Assembly: GCA_963692865.2 (NCBI GenBank)
Contig: OY843592.1
Coordinates: forward strand, 672,001 to 736,000
Direction: 5' to 3'
Length of the DNA stretch: 64,000 nucleotides
Source of the DNA: a bacterium
GTDB taxonomy: Bacteria > UBA8248
Shown: piece after piece, positions 29,100-39,622 of the stretch
Layout: every line of letters begins with the position of its first letter
Numbering within the stretch: position 1 is the stretch's first letter
Notes under the pieces: model-generated
Told to the model about the DNA's origin: nothing
Database searches by the model: none
What the model saw: the letters and a program-made list of their open reading frames with translations, nothing else
Position numbers and translations under genes: made by a program

Positions 29100-29657
29100 G
29101 TAGGGACAGGTCGTGGCCTGTCCCTGCAGGCTTGTTTGGAAATACGCCAGATTGTAGGGGTTGCCGAAAAAGCCGACCCTGGGATCGAGCACGTATGATG
29201 CTCGTCTTGTATGGCCGCTGTATCAACCTCATCCTGAGTAGGCGCGCAAGCGCCGTATCGAAGGATGGGAGGCGCAAACGCTCATTCATCAATCACGTTT
29301 GACCCCGCAGGAGCGAACTTCGCCCTTCGATACGCCGCCTTCGGCGGCTACTCAGGGTGAAGCAGAGCGGTGCGTTGCTCAGGAGAAAGTAGGGGCGGTT
29401 CGCGAACCGCCCCTACGGGATTCCGCAACCCTTCTTTGAGCAGGCTCCGTAGGGACAGGCCCCCGTGCCTGTCCGAAGCTCTTGAAAAAGGACAACCACG
29501 GAGGGCAGGACAACCCAAAAGGGTTGTCCCTACAAACCCTGGCGGGAGGCGGCAGGGGCGGACCTGTGTGTCCGCCCGCTTTTCTTATTCACCCGTCCCA
29601 CAATCTGCAGATACGTTCCTCAAACAAACAGGGCGGACACACAGGTCCGCCCCTACG
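29100..29657. repeat. REP/REPIN mosaic between parA and mnmG
   Basis: GTAGGGACAGG..CCTGTCCC; family A doublet 29227-29361; GTAGGGGCGGTTCGCGAACCGCCCCTAC; GGACAACCCAAAAGGGTTGTCCCTAC; GGGGCGGACCTGTGTGTCCGCCC...GGGCGGACACACAGGTCCGCCCCTAC. Confidence 0.85.
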
Positions 29658-29698
29658 GGTAAAATATGGTTTTCGGAAGAAAACTCCCAAGGGTGGCA

Positions 29699-31618
29699 TC
29701 ACGAAACCGTCGAGGCGGCCCCCTCCCGCGCATTTCCGCCCTGTTTGCGGATGTAGACCTCCAGCACGGCGACGGCGGCGGGCGTCACGCCCGATATGCG
29801 GCTCGCCTGCCCGAGGGTCTTGGGGCGTATCTGCTCGAGCCGCTGGCGCACCTCCGCTGTCAGGTGGCTCACATCGGCGTAGGAGATGCTCTCGGGTATC
29901 CTCACCCTGTCGGCCATCCTCAGATGATGCACCTGCCGGTATTCCCTCTCGAAATACTCCTTGTACTTCACTTCCGCCATCACGTATCGGCGCGATTCTC
30001 CGTCCAGCGCCTCCCAAATCGCCCCGAAACGCCCCCCGCCGACGGAATCGACGCGGACAGCCAGCTCCGGCCCCGCTTCCGGGCGTCTCAGGATGTCTCC
30101 CAGCGTGGCGGGTTTCTTGAGCGGTTTCGAACCCGCCGCCTCCATGGCGTCTCGCACGTCGGGCCTGGGCGTCACGGAAGTGGTTTCGAGATAAGAGATG
30201 GCCTCTCCCGCTCCTTTCGCCTTCTTCTCAAAGGCGCGCCAGACAGCCTCATCCAGCGAACCGACCCTGTGGCCGAGCGCCATCAGCCTGAAATCCGCGT
30301 TGTCGTGGCGGAGCAGGAGCCTGTGCTCGGCCCGGCTGGTGAACATCCGGTAGGGCTCGGCCGTTCCCTTGGTGATGAGATCGTCAATCAGAACGCCGAT
30401 ATAGGCTTCTTCCCTGCTCAGGACGACGGGTTCCTCGCCGCGCACGTAGCGTGTGGCGTTGATCCCCGCCATGATCCCCTGGGCGGCGGCCTCCTCATAC
30501 CCCGTCGTCCCGTTGATCTGGCCGGCGTGGAAGAGCCCCGGCACCTTCTTCGTCATCAGGCTCGGCCCCAGCTCGGTCGGCTCCACGTGGTCGTACTCGA
30601 CGGCGTAGCCCGGGCGCATCATCTCGGCCCGCTCCAGGCCCTTGATTGTTCGGAGCATACGGATTTGCACGTCCACCGGCAGGCTGGTGGAAAGCCCGTT
30701 CACGTATATCTCGCAAGTCTCGCGCCCTTCGGGCTCCAGGAAAATCTGGTGCTCCCCCTTGCCCTCGAAGCGCATGATCTTGTCCTCGATGCTCGGGCAG
30801 TAGCGCACGCCGATGGCGTCTATCTGCCCGTTGTACATGGGCGCGCGCTCGATGTTTTGCCGGATGACCTCGTGCGTCGCCGGGTTCGTATAGGTGATCC
30901 AGCACGGCATCTGCTCTTGTTCGACCGCCTTGGTGCGGTATGAGAACGGGAGCGGCGGGTCGTCGCCGGGCTGTAAGTCAAGTATTTGAAAATCAATGGA
31001 TTTCGCGTCCACGCGCGGCGGCGTTCCCGTCTTCATGCGCCCGATGGCGAAGCCGAACGAGGCGAGTTGCTTCGTGAGCTCGTTCGCCGAACCCTCGCCC
31101 GCGCGCCCGCCCTCGACCTGCCTGTCGCCGTAGTGCAGAAGACCGCGCGTGAAGGTGCCCGGCGTCAGAACGACCGCCCCGGCCTCCCAGGTCTCTCCGA
31201 AATGATCCTGAAGCCCCGCCACGACGCCGTCCTTCACGAGGAGCCTCCGCACCATACCCTGCTTGAGGTCGAGTCCCGCCTGGCTTTCGACGGCGTTCTT
31301 CATATACGCGCGGTAGCGCTGCTTGTCCGCCTGGGCGCGCAGGGCCTGCACGGCGGGGCCTTTCTTCGTGTTGAGCATCCGGAACTGGATACCCGTGGCG
31401 TCGATGGCGCGCGCCATCTCGCCGCCCAGCGCGTCCACCTCGCGCACGAGGACGCCCTTCGCCAGCCCGCCGATGGCCGGATTGCACGACATGAGGCCCA
31501 CGGTGTCGAGGTTCATCGTGAGCATCATCGCGCGCGCGCCCATGCGCGCCGCGGCCAGGGCCGCCTCGCATCCGGCGTGTCCGCCGCCCACGACGATGAC
31601 GTCATACGGAATCTTCAA
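29699..31618 (-). CDS. mnmG: tRNA uridine-5-carboxymethylaminomethyl modification enzyme MnmG
   Basis: [53 protein letters not shown]. Confidence 0.97.
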   Translation of the reverse strand: MKIPYDVIVVGGGHAGCEAALAAARMGARAMMLTMNLDTVGLMSCNPAIGGLAKGVLVREVDALGGEMARAIDATGIQFRMLNTKKGPAVQALRAQADKQRYRAYMKNAVESQAGLDLKQGMVRRLLVKDGVVAGLQDHFGETWEAGAVVLTPGTFTRGLLHYGDRQVEGGRAGEGSANELTKQLASFGFAIGRMKTGTPPRVDAKSIDFQILDLQPGDDPPLPFSYRTKAVEQEQMPCWITYTNPATHEVIRQNIERAPMYNGQIDAIGVRYCPSIEDKIMRFEGKGEHQIFLEPEGRETCEIYVNGLSTSLPVDVQIRMLRTIKGLERAEMMRPGYAVEYDHVEPTELGPSLMTKKVPGLFHAGQINGTTGYEEAAAQGIMAGINATRYVRGEEPVVLSREEAYIGVLIDDLITKGTAEPYRMFTSRAEHRLLLRHDNADFRLMALGHRVGSLDEAVWRAFEKKAKGAGEAISYLETTSVTPRPDVRDAMEAAGSKPLKKPATLGDILRRPEAGPELAVRVDSVGGGRFGAIWEALDGESRRYVMAEVKYKEYFEREYRQVHHLRMADRVRIPESISYADVSHLTAEVRQRLEQIRPKTLGQASRISGVTPAAVAVLEVYIRKQGGNAREGAASTVS

Positions 31619-31708
31619 GCGAAAACCTCCCAGATATTCATATAATTACAAAAAACTCTCTGCTATATATCTAAATTTATCGTCTTTTGTGTCGTCATTA
31701 GATTATTT

Positions 31709-33142
31709 TCATTTCCCGATGCAGAACGTGGAGAAAATCCTGTCCAGTAGCGCCTCTCCGTAATCCCGGCCCAGGAGCTCGGACAGCGCGGTCTGCGCCT
31801 CGTTCAGGTGAACCGCCACCAACTCGGGGGACAGTTCGCCCTCCGCCCCCGCCCTTGCATTTCTCACGGCTCTTAAGCATTTCGCTATCTGGCCGCGGTG
31901 GCGCTCGCGGGTGAGCATGGACTCCGCGCCCGAGAGGCCATCTTCATCCATCAAAACACGCGCCACCTCTTCGCGCAACTCAGGGATTCCCTCGCCCGTC
32001 AGCGCGGAGATGAAGAGCGGCTCACGGGCTTCCGGCGCGCGCGCGCCCAAAACCGCGCGGGCGCGCTCTTGCTCTTGAAGCGTGGCCTTGTCCATCTTGT
32101 TGAAAACAAACAGGTTTTCGCAGTCAAGCGCGCCCGCCTCCCGCGCCGCCCAACGGATCTCGGCGTCGCCCGCGGTCAGGTCCGTCACCATCAGGCCGAT
32201 GTCCGCTCCTTCCGCCGCCTTACGCGCGCGTTCGGCGCCTTCGAGCTCCACCGGATCCCCCGTATCGCGCAGGCCCGCCGTGTCGATGAGACGCACCGGC
32301 GCGCCGCCGAAGTCGCAAACTTCTTCCACGGTGTCGCGCGTGGTGCCGGGAATCTCGCTCGTGATGGCGCGATCCGCCCCCAGGAGCGCGTTCAACAACG
32401 TGGATTTCCCCGCGTTGGGCCTGCCGAGAATGGCGGCGCGCGCGCCCTCTCTCAGGATTCTGCCGGAGCGGTAGCTTTCGATGAGCCTCCCGAGCGCATT
32501 TTCTATCTCCGCGAACAGATCGGCGAGTTCCGCGCTTCCCATCGGCGCGCCCGAAACGGAAGGCCCCGCGCCCGGCTCGAACTCGTCGGGAAAATCAATC
32601 GCCGCCTCGATGTGCGCGCCCGCCTCCACGATCTTCCCCCACACCTCCTCCAAGGCCTTGGAGAGGCGTCCTTCCAGGTGATGGAGCGCCGCTTTCGCCG
32701 CTTTTTCGGTCTGCGCGCTTACTAGATCGGCCACCGCTTCGGCCTGGAGCAGATCGATCTTCCCCTCCAGGAAGGCGCGGCGGGTGAACTCGCCCTCTGC
32801 GGCCGGCCTCGCGCCCATCTCGCGGGCGAGGCGCAGGATGGTCCCCACGATGGCCGGGCCGCCGTGGCAGTGCATCTCGACCACGTCCTCGCCGGTGACC
32901 GAATCGGGCGCCTGATGATAGAGCGCGAGACCCTCATCAAACGCCTGGGTCCCATCCATGAAACGCCCCAGCACGGGCCGCCCCCTGGGAAAGGCGCTCC
33001 TCTCTTTTCTCGGCTTGAATATCCCCTCGAGAATCGGGAGAGATTCCGCCCCGCTCAGGCGGACGATAGCGATGGCCCCGCGCCCCGGCGCCGTGGACAG
33101 CGCGACGATGGTTTCCCTCTCAAAATCACTCATCCGCCTCAT
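31709..33142 (-). CDS. mnmE: tRNA modification GTPase MnmE
   Basis: TGEDVVEMHCHGG, GEFTRRAF, GRPNAGKS, GTTRD, DTAG, NKMD, terminal FCIGK. Confidence 0.97.
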   Translation of the reverse strand: MRRMSDFERETIVALSTAPGRGAIAIVRLSGAESLPILEGIFKPRKERSAFPRGRPVLGRFMDGTQAFDEGLALYHQAPDSVTGEDVVEMHCHGGPAIVGTILRLAREMGARPAAEGEFTRRAFLEGKIDLLQAEAVADLVSAQTEKAAKAALHHLEGRLSKALEEVWGKIVEAGAHIEAAIDFPDEFEPGAGPSVSGAPMGSAELADLFAEIENALGRLIESYRSGRILREGARAAILGRPNAGKSTLLNALLGADRAITSEIPGTTRDTVEEVCDFGGAPVRLIDTAGLRDTGDPVELEGAERARKAAEGADIGLMVTDLTAGDAEIRWAAREAGALDCENLFVFNKMDKATLQEQERARAVLGARAPEAREPLFISALTGEGIPELREEVARVLMDEDGLSGAESMLTRERHRGQIAKCLRAVRNARAGAEGELSPELVAVHLNEAQTALSELLGRDYGEALLDRIFSTFCIGK

Positions 33143-33692
33143 TTCTCCATCGTTCGAGGATGCGCCCGCCCGATTGCGCGCCGCGTTCGTCCGTAATGAA
33201 GCGGATTTGCGCCTTCATTGCAAGACCGGGCGGGCGGAGGCGCAAGCTCCTTCCCCGCGAATTCGTTTCGATTCGCGAGGCGGAATCTCGCAGGGGCCGC
33301 TCGCAAACGGTCCTAGCCGAAGGAGGCGGGCGCTTCACGAAGCGCTCCCATGGAGCCATCGCCACCCACGGCTTTGGCGCAGGCGCCTCATATTTGCGGT
33401 ATGCGAGCCGCGGCAGGGGCCCTCCGTCCCCGCGAGACGAGGGGAAAGTCCGTTCCTTCACCCGGAGGGACAGACCTCCGTGCCTGCCCTGATCGTATCC
33501 GCCTGACACAAGGACGACCACGGAGGGCAGGGCGACCCACAAGGGTTGTCCTCTACGATAGACCGCCACCCATCGCCCCTCCTTCCAGGGGGGTTCAAAT
33601 GTCGAGCGCATCATCCCAAAACGAAGCCTCTTCCCACCCTGCGCAGCGGCCTCCCGACTCCCTTCACCCTTCGATACAAACGCTCCCTTCTC

Positions 33693-33874
33693 GGGGCTGT
33701 TGAAAAAGTCGGAGAGAGACCATTTGTTTGTAGGTCAGACATATATGTCTGACATATCAGGCGACCCTGATTTTCGCCTCCACAAGGCGGGCCGCATGAT
33801 ATGCGGCCCCTACAAAAACCTTTCCTCCCCGGTCACGTAAAACACTCGTTCATCAGGTCTTTTTCAACAGCCCC
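33693..33874. mobile_element. MITE (182 bp) with 16-bp terminal inverted repeats and TTCTC target duplication, inserted in a family A repeat
   Basis: GGGGCTGTTGAAAAAG / CTTTTTCAACAGCCCC; TTCTC at 33688-33692 and 33875-33879; flanks rejoin to match the reverse complement of 19565-19631. Confidence 0.85.
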
Positions 33875-34149
33875 TTCTCAGTCGCGTTTGACCTTCGGCG
33901 GCTGCTCAGGGCGAAGCGGACAGGAGGGTGCTACCCGGAACGGAGTGGGGTCGCTTGCGGGTCCGCGCCAGCGGCGTCATTTTCGCTCGATGAGAACAGG
34001 GTTCGACGGAATCCGGGCGGCCGAAAAACACATTGAGGAGAGAGACTGTGGATTCCGGCATGCGCCGGCATGGGGAGACAAAACCAATCAGAGAAAAAGG
34101 GTGCCCGTTGCGGGGGTCGTGAATGCGTGGCTAACCTGCGACGCCGCCC

Positions 34150-35178
34150 CTACGCCTTCCCGGTACGATCCGCCAGCCCGCGCAGGAGGGTCTCCCGGGA
34201 GACGGCGCCCACGACGGCGCCCGCATCGTCCACCACCCGCAGCGGCGCGTCGCTCTCGACGCACTTGGGCAGCATGTCCTGAAGCACGGTGTCGCGCGAG
34301 ACGAGGGGTCCGGTCGCGTCGCCGCCCGGCGGCGTCATGATGGCGCCCGCCGTCACCACGCGCCCGCGTTTCACCTCGCGCACGAACTCGCGCACGTAGT
34401 CGGTGGCCGGGTTGAGCAGAATCTCCTCCGGTCCGCCTATCTGATCGACCACGCCGTCTTTCAGAATCGCGACGTGGTCGCCCAGCTTGAGGGCCTCGTC
34501 CAGATCGTGGGTGATGAACACGATGGTCTTCTTGAGGTCGCGCTGGAGCGCGACGAGATGTTCCTGCATCTGTTTGCGGATCAGCGGGTCCAGGGCGCTG
34601 AAGGGCTCGTCCATGAGCAGAATTTCGGGATCCGTGCAAAGCGCGCGCGCCAGGCCCACCCGCTGCTGCATGCCGCCCGAGAGCTGGGCCGGGTAGGCGC
34701 TCTCGTAGCCGAGGAGCCCCACGTCCTCTATCCACCGCATCGCGCGCCGCCGGCGCCGGGGGATATCCACGCCCTGCACCTCGAGGCCGTAGCCCACGTT
34801 CTCCATGACCGTCATGTGGGGAAAGAGCGCGAACCGCTGAAAGACCATGCTCACCATGCCGCGGCGGAACGCGAGCAGTTCCTCGGGCGAGAACTCGAGA
34901 ACGTCCTGGCCGTCGACGAGCACCCGGCCCGCGGTCGGGTCGATCAGCCGGTTGACGTGGCGGATCAGGGTCGATTTGCCCGAACCCGAAAGTCCCATGA
35001 CCACGAACGTCTCGCCGCGCTCGACGGAGAGGCCCACGTCTTTGAGGCCCAGCGTGCATCCGGTCTCGGCCAGCACGTTTTTCTTCTCGACTCCCGCGCG
35101 CGCCAGAGCGAGCGCCGCCTCTTGCGCGCGTCCCGTTCCGAATATCTTGTAGACGTTCCGTATCTCGATCAGCGCCAC
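34150..35178 (-). CDS. proV: glycine betaine/proline ABC transporter ATP-binding protein
   Basis: GLSGSGKS, LSGGMQQRVGLARAL, MDEPFSALDPLIR. Confidence 0.92.
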   Translation of the reverse strand: MALIEIRNVYKIFGTGRAQEAALALARAGVEKKNVLAETGCTLGLKDVGLSVERGETFVVMGLSGSGKSTLIRHVNRLIDPTAGRVLVDGQDVLEFSPEELLAFRRGMVSMVFQRFALFPHMTVMENVGYGLEVQGVDIPRRRRRAMRWIEDVGLLGYESAYPAQLSGGMQQRVGLARALCTDPEILLMDEPFSALDPLIRKQMQEHLVALQRDLKKTIVFITHDLDEALKLGDHVAILKDGVVDQIGGPEEILLNPATDYVREFVREVKRGRVVTAGAIMTPPGGDATGPLVSRDTVLQDMLPKCVESDAPLRVVDDAGAVVGAVSRETLLRGLADRTGKA

Positions 35179-35182
35179 CTGT

Positions 35183-36091
35183 TCAGCGCCTCCCGCCCGC
35201 GCGGATGAACCGCCCGCCGTAGGCCTGGGTCACCCGGTCCATGACGATGGCGAGCAGCACGATCGCCACGCCGGCTTCCAGCGCGCGCCCGACGTTGAGC
35301 TGCTGGAGGCCGATGAGCACTTCGGTGCCGAGCCCCCGGGTTCCGATCATCGAGGCGATCACCACCATCGAGAGCGCCATCATCGTGGTCTGGTTGACCC
35401 CCTGCATGATGTTGGGCAGCGCCATCGGCATCTGCACGCGAAGGAGCTTCTGCCTCCGGCTCGCGCCCATGGCGTCGGAAGCCTCGACCAGGTCTTCATC
35501 CACCAGGCGGATGCCCAAGTCGGTCAGGCGGATCACCGGCGGGATGGCGTAGATCACCGTGGCGAAGACGGCGGGCACGGCGCCCAGGCCGAAGAGCATG
35601 ATCGCCGGAATGAGATAGACGAAACTCGGCATGGTCTGCATGAGGTCGAGCGCGGGCAGCACCATGTCGCGCATCCGGTTGTTTCTCGAAATCACGATGC
35701 CGATCGGGACGCCCAGGCCGATGCAGATGACGGTGGAGACGAGCATCACCGAGAAAGTCATCATCGACAAATCCCATAGCCTGGGATCGGTGAGGCCGAT
35801 GAAGAACATGCAGGCGACCACGAGCGCGGTCAGGCTCCATTTGCGCCCGCCCGCGAAGTAGGTGAGCGCTCCCACGCCCGCGAACACGACGAGCCAGGGG
35901 AGATCGCGCAAGAAGCGCTCGAGGCCGACCAGCAGCACGAGAACCGCGTCCGAGGTGGTCTCGAAAATAACCCCGTAATCGGAGACCAGCCACTCGACGA
36001 AATCGTTGGTCCATTTGTTGAGCGGCAGGTTCAGGCCCTTGGGCCACTCGACCGCCCAGTCGGGGAACAGTCCGCGGATAAACTTCATCAA
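35183..36091 (-). CDS. proW: glycine betaine/proline ABC transporter permease
   Basis: DLMQTMPSFVYLIP, GVNQTTMMALSMVVIASMIG. Confidence 0.92.
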   Translation of the reverse strand: MMKFIRGLFPDWAVEWPKGLNLPLNKWTNDFVEWLVSDYGVIFETTSDAVLVLLVGLERFLRDLPWLVVFAGVGALTYFAGGRKWSLTALVVACMFFIGLTDPRLWDLSMMTFSVMLVSTVICIGLGVPIGIVISRNNRMRDMVLPALDLMQTMPSFVYLIPAIMLFGLGAVPAVFATVIYAIPPVIRLTDLGIRLVDEDLVEASDAMGASRRQKLLRVQMPMALPNIMQGVNQTTMMALSMVVIASMIGTRGLGTEVLIGLQQLNVGRALEAGVAIVLLAIVMDRVTQAYGGRFIRAGGRR

Positions 36092-36153
36092 CTGCGGCCC
36101 TCCCCGGGATTACGATGCGACTCCATGAGAGAAAAGCATCGCGCGGGCGCGGC

Positions 36154-37188
36154 TTAACTCGATTTGAGCGCCGCCTCGACCTTTTTCGCGACGTCGGCCG
36201 GAACCCACTTCTTCCAGACCTTGTCGGTCTTGAGGAAATGGATCGCGGTGGCCTTCGCGTCTCCGCCGGCTTCTTTCTCCAGATAGGAGAGCGCCTTAGA
36301 GACGACCGCCGAGGGGAGAGTGTACTTCTCGATGAAGGCGACGATTTCGGGATGCTTGGCCGCGAACTTCGCGGTGACCGATTTCGGCAACTCCATCGTG
36401 CGGTAGGCGGTCGCTTTCTTCGGATTCCCCAGGGCCCCCTCGCCGCCCTTTTTGAGCGCGGTCACGGCCTTCATCATCTCGCCCCAGTCGGCCCCGTTCC
36501 ACTTGGGCTCCTCGAGCCGCGCGAGGTCGAGCTGGCCGATGAGCGGCGTCGGCGACCAGTAATAGGCGAGCACCGGCTTTTTCTTGAGATACGCGCCCTT
36601 GATGGCCGCCGCGAGCGCGCCGCCGGAACCCGGCCGGAAGTTGGTGAAGTGCTTCTCCAGCCCGTAGACGCGCAGCTTCACGGTGTTGATGAGCTCGCAC
36701 GACCAGCCGGGGATGCAGTTCACGAACCGCCCCTTGGAGGGCTCTTCGGGATCCTTGAAGAGGTGCTTGTACTTGGGCAGGTCGTAGACCGACTTGAGGC
36801 CGGGGTTCGCCTTCTGGACGAAGCGCGGTATGTACCAGCCCTGCTCGGCGTCCGGCGTGTTGACGCTCAACATCTTGACCTTGCCGCTTTTCATGGCGGC
36901 GTCATACTGGTCCTTGATGTTGTAATACCAGAGCTCCATGACCAGATCGTTCTTTCCCTCGTAGTGGGCCGTCATGATCGGCAGCGTGCCGCCGTAAGTG
37001 AGCCGCACCCGGCAGCCGTAGCCGTGTTGGAGGATGTAGGCGGCCACCTGATCGTGAAAGTTCGCGCTGTCCCAGTTCAGGTCGCCGATGTGGACCCGGC
37101 AGGCGGCATCCGCCCGGACGGGGAGGGAAACGAGCGCCGTTCCTGCAATGGCGATGGTGAAGACGAGGACAAGAAGTTTACGTCCCAT
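36154..37188 (-). CDS. proX: glycine betaine/proline ABC transporter substrate-binding protein
   Basis: Signal peptide, NWDSA, MELW, CIPGWSC, YYWSPT. Confidence 0.88.
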   Translation of the reverse strand: MGRKLLVLVFTIAIAGTALVSLPVRADAACRVHIGDLNWDSANFHDQVAAYILQHGYGCRVRLTYGGTLPIMTAHYEGKNDLVMELWYYNIKDQYDAAMKSGKVKMLSVNTPDAEQGWYIPRFVQKANPGLKSVYDLPKYKHLFKDPEEPSKGRFVNCIPGWSCELINTVKLRVYGLEKHFTNFRPGSGGALAAAIKGAYLKKKPVLAYYWSPTPLIGQLDLARLEEPKWNGADWGEMMKAVTALKKGGEGALGNPKKATAYRTMELPKSVTAKFAAKHPEIVAFIEKYTLPSAVVSKALSYLEKEAGGDAKATAIHFLKTDKVWKKWVPADVAKKVEAALKSS

Positions 37189-37461
37189 GGCGAGCCTCCT
37201 TCGTCGGTTTTGGCGTCAGGCGAAACGGCGATGAATGGATACATCCAACCGCCGCATCGCGGGGATAAGGCGGCTGCGCCACTACCCCGCAAAATCGCTC
37301 GTGGGCAAGGGTTTCGGCGAAAGCCGCCGAGTCTGATTTTCAAGACACTCAAAATTCTAATGCGGATCAGCGCGAAAATGCAACTTAAATTTATCTCCCG
37401 AAAACTGCCTTTCATGCTAACATCGTCTCAATACCGGCATCGTTCGACAAGCGAGGCGCTC

Positions 37462-38520
37462 ATGCCCGAGTTGAGATACGACCCGCATCGAGGGGAATGG
37501 ACGCTCCTTGCGCCGGGCAGGCGCGCGCGTCCCCGGCCCGCGCACTACGCAAACGCCACGCCCGCGCAGGACGACCCGGCATGCCCCTTCTGCCCGGGCA
37601 ACGAGCGCGCGACGCCGCCCGAGGTCGCGGTTCTCAGGGAGGGGGGAGAAGCGAACGCGCCCGGCTGGCGCGCGCGCTGCGTGGCGAACAAATACCCCGC
37701 CGTCGGGAGCGGAGGTCTCGCGCGCGAAGGAGAGGGCGTCTTCTCGTCCCTGCGGGGCGGGGGGCGCCACGAGGTGCTCGTCGATTCGCCCCGCCACACG
37801 AAGGGCCTGGCCGATCTGGGCGAGGCCCATGCGGCCGGCGTCCTGGGCTTGCTGCAGGAGAGGGCGCGGAAGCTCATGGAAGCCCCCGGCGTTCGCTGCG
37901 TCTACGCCTTCAAGAACCACGGCGCACAGGCGGGCGCATCGATTCTCCACTCGCATTTCCAGATACTCGGCCTCCCGGTCGGGGCCGGCGGCATCGAGAA
38001 GAAGCTGGAAAAAGAAGCCGCCTTCTATCGAGAGCGGAAAATCCCGCTTTTGGACTACATGGTCGGGGCGGAGCGCAAGGGCGCAGCGCGGATGGTGGAA
38101 GCGGGCGAAGAGGGCGCCGCCGTGTTTTGTCCCTGGGCCTCGCGATTCCCCTATCTCGCCTGCATCACCCCCTGGCCGACGGAAGGCTCCTTCATCGAGA
38201 GCGCGCCCGATACGATCGCCGCAGCCGGAGCCGCGCTGGCGCGAACCTTGAGGCGCTACAAGGAGCTTCTCCGCGACCCGCCCGTCAATCTTTGGTTTCT
38301 GCTTGCCGCGGCGGGTGTGGAGGAAAATCCGGAGGGGCATCGCTGGCACATCGAGCTCTTCCCGCGCCTCACGCCGCAGGCTGCTCTCGAGACGGGGCTG
38401 GGCGCGCACATCAACGAGGTGGCTCCCGAGCGCGCCGCCGACGAACTGCGAGGCGTCGGCTTGGGGGAATGCGCCGCATCGCCTTCATTGTATTCTTGCA
38501 GAGGATCCGAAAATGAATAA
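37462..38520 (+). CDS. galT: galactose-1-phosphate uridylyltransferase family protein
   Basis: MPELRYDP, CPFCPGNE, NKYP, GASILHSHFQ (HxHxQ); start at 37462. Confidence 0.88.
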   Translation: MPELRYDPHRGEWTLLAPGRRARPRPAHYANATPAQDDPACPFCPGNERATPPEVAVLREGGEANAPGWRARCVANKYPAVGSGGLAREGEGVFSSLRGGGRHEVLVDSPRHTKGLADLGEAHAAGVLGLLQERARKLMEAPGVRCVYAFKNHGAQAGASILHSHFQILGLPVGAGGIEKKLEKEAAFYRERKIPLLDYMVGAERKGAARMVEAGEEGAAVFCPWASRFPYLACITPWPTEGSFIESAPDTIAAAGAALARTLRRYKELLRDPPVNLWFLLAAAGVEENPEGHRWHIELFPRLTPQAALETGLGAHINEVAPERAADELRGVGLGECAASPSLYSCRGSENE

Positions 38521-39571
38521 TAAAAAGAGCCCGCAAAAATCCGTCTCTTTTCTCACCGGCGGAGATCTGGCGCCCGACAGGGCTTCGGCCAGGGGAATGT
38601 TCGGCCGCCTGGGGAAGCTCTTCCGCGAGGCCGATTTTTCCTTCGCGAACCTGGAGAATGCGCTTTCCACGCGCGGCGAGCTGATGAAGGGAAAGCCGAC
38701 GCGCCACCGGGGGCATCCCTCGCTCGCGGCGGGGCTGGTGGACGCGGGCTTCGATGCCGTGGGAATCGCCAACAACCACGTGCTCGACTTCGGGGTTCCC
38801 TCTTTGGAGGAAACGATGATGACGCTGCGCCGCGCGGGAATTCCCTTCACGGGCGCGGGCATGGGCCTGGACGAAGCGCGCGCGCCCGTCGTGCTCGAAC
38901 GCGGCGGACTTGCAATCGGCCTCCTCGCCTATTCGTCCGTGCTCCCTCAGGGCCATGCGGCGGGCCCGGATGAGCCCGGCGTGAACCCGCTGCGCGTCAA
39001 AACCTCTTACACGCCGCTCAGGAACCTGGATGAATACCCGGCCTCCGAACCCGTCATCCACTCCTGGGCGGAGGCGGGGGACCTTGCGCGGATGAAAGGG
39101 GACATCGAGCGGCTCAGGACCCAAGTCGACCTGGTCTTCGTCTACCAGCACTGGGGAGCGAGCCTGCGCCACGAGGTGCACGAGCATCAAAGGCAAATCG
39201 GACACGCGGCGATCGACGCGGGCGCGTGCGCCGTTTTCGGCGGACACCAGCACGTGCTCTCCGCCGTCGAGTTCTATCATGGCCGGCCCATCGTCCACTG
39301 CACCGGAAATCTGATCTTCGAAGAAATCGAGCCTTTCTTCACCGAGGCGACGAGCCAGACGTTCCTGCTGGGCGGGCGGATGGACAAGGAAGGGGTGAGC
39401 GACCTTCACCTCATCCCCTGCCATTGCGGCGTGGGGCGCGCGCCCCGGCTCCTTTCGCCGAGGCGCGGCGAGGGCCGCGAGATCGTGAACATGATGCAAA
39501 ACCTCTCCGCCCCCTACGGAACGGAGATCGCCGTCAGGGACGGGGAGGTCGCCGTCTCGCCGCTTGCTTAA
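38513..39571 (+). CDS. CapA family (poly-gamma-glutamate synthesis-like) metallophosphoesterase
   Basis: GD, ANLE, ANNHVLDFG, HWG, GGHQHV, GNLIF. Confidence 0.88.
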   Translation: MNNKKSPQKSVSFLTGGDLAPDRASARGMFGRLGKLFREADFSFANLENALSTRGELMKGKPTRHRGHPSLAAGLVDAGFDAVGIANNHVLDFGVPSLEETMMTLRRAGIPFTGAGMGLDEARAPVVLERGGLAIGLLAYSSVLPQGHAAGPDEPGVNPLRVKTSYTPLRNLDEYPASEPVIHSWAEAGDLARMKGDIERLRTQVDLVFVYQHWGASLRHEVHEHQRQIGHAAIDAGACAVFGGHQHVLSAVEFYHGRPIVHCTGNLIFEEIEPFFTEATSQTFLLGGRMDKEGVSDLHLIPCHCGVGRAPRLLSPRRGEGREIVNMMQNLSAPYGTEIAVRDGEVAVSPLA

Positions 39572-39577
39572 AAACGC

Positions 39578-39601
39578 AAAAGGCCCGCCGCAGCGGGCCC
39601 T
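39578..39601. terminator. probable terminator between convergent genes
   Basis: AAAAGGCCCGC-CGCA-GCGGGCCCT. Confidence 0.55.
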
Positions 39602-39622
39602 CATGCGCCGGGTTGTCCCGCC

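Noticed and set aside
33439-33452. GAGGGGAAAGTCCG resembling the RNase P RNA conserved region
   Set aside because: No downstream RNase P motifs, and the following sequence is REP mosaic.
33126-33614. 162-aa ORF upstream of mnmE (possible jag remnant)
   Set aside because: No KH/R3H features; it overlaps REP modules.
33990-34140. GGGTTCGACGG...GCATGC similarity to the tmRNA 5' end, with a CGGAATCC/GGATTCCG stem
   Set aside because: No GGGG acceptor-stem start, T-arm/CCA end or tag ORF, and too little space; an unknown sRNA cannot be excluded.
36115-37461. 801-aa fusion ORF ending in galT
   Set aside because: The N-terminal part is antisense to proX; galT starts at 37462.
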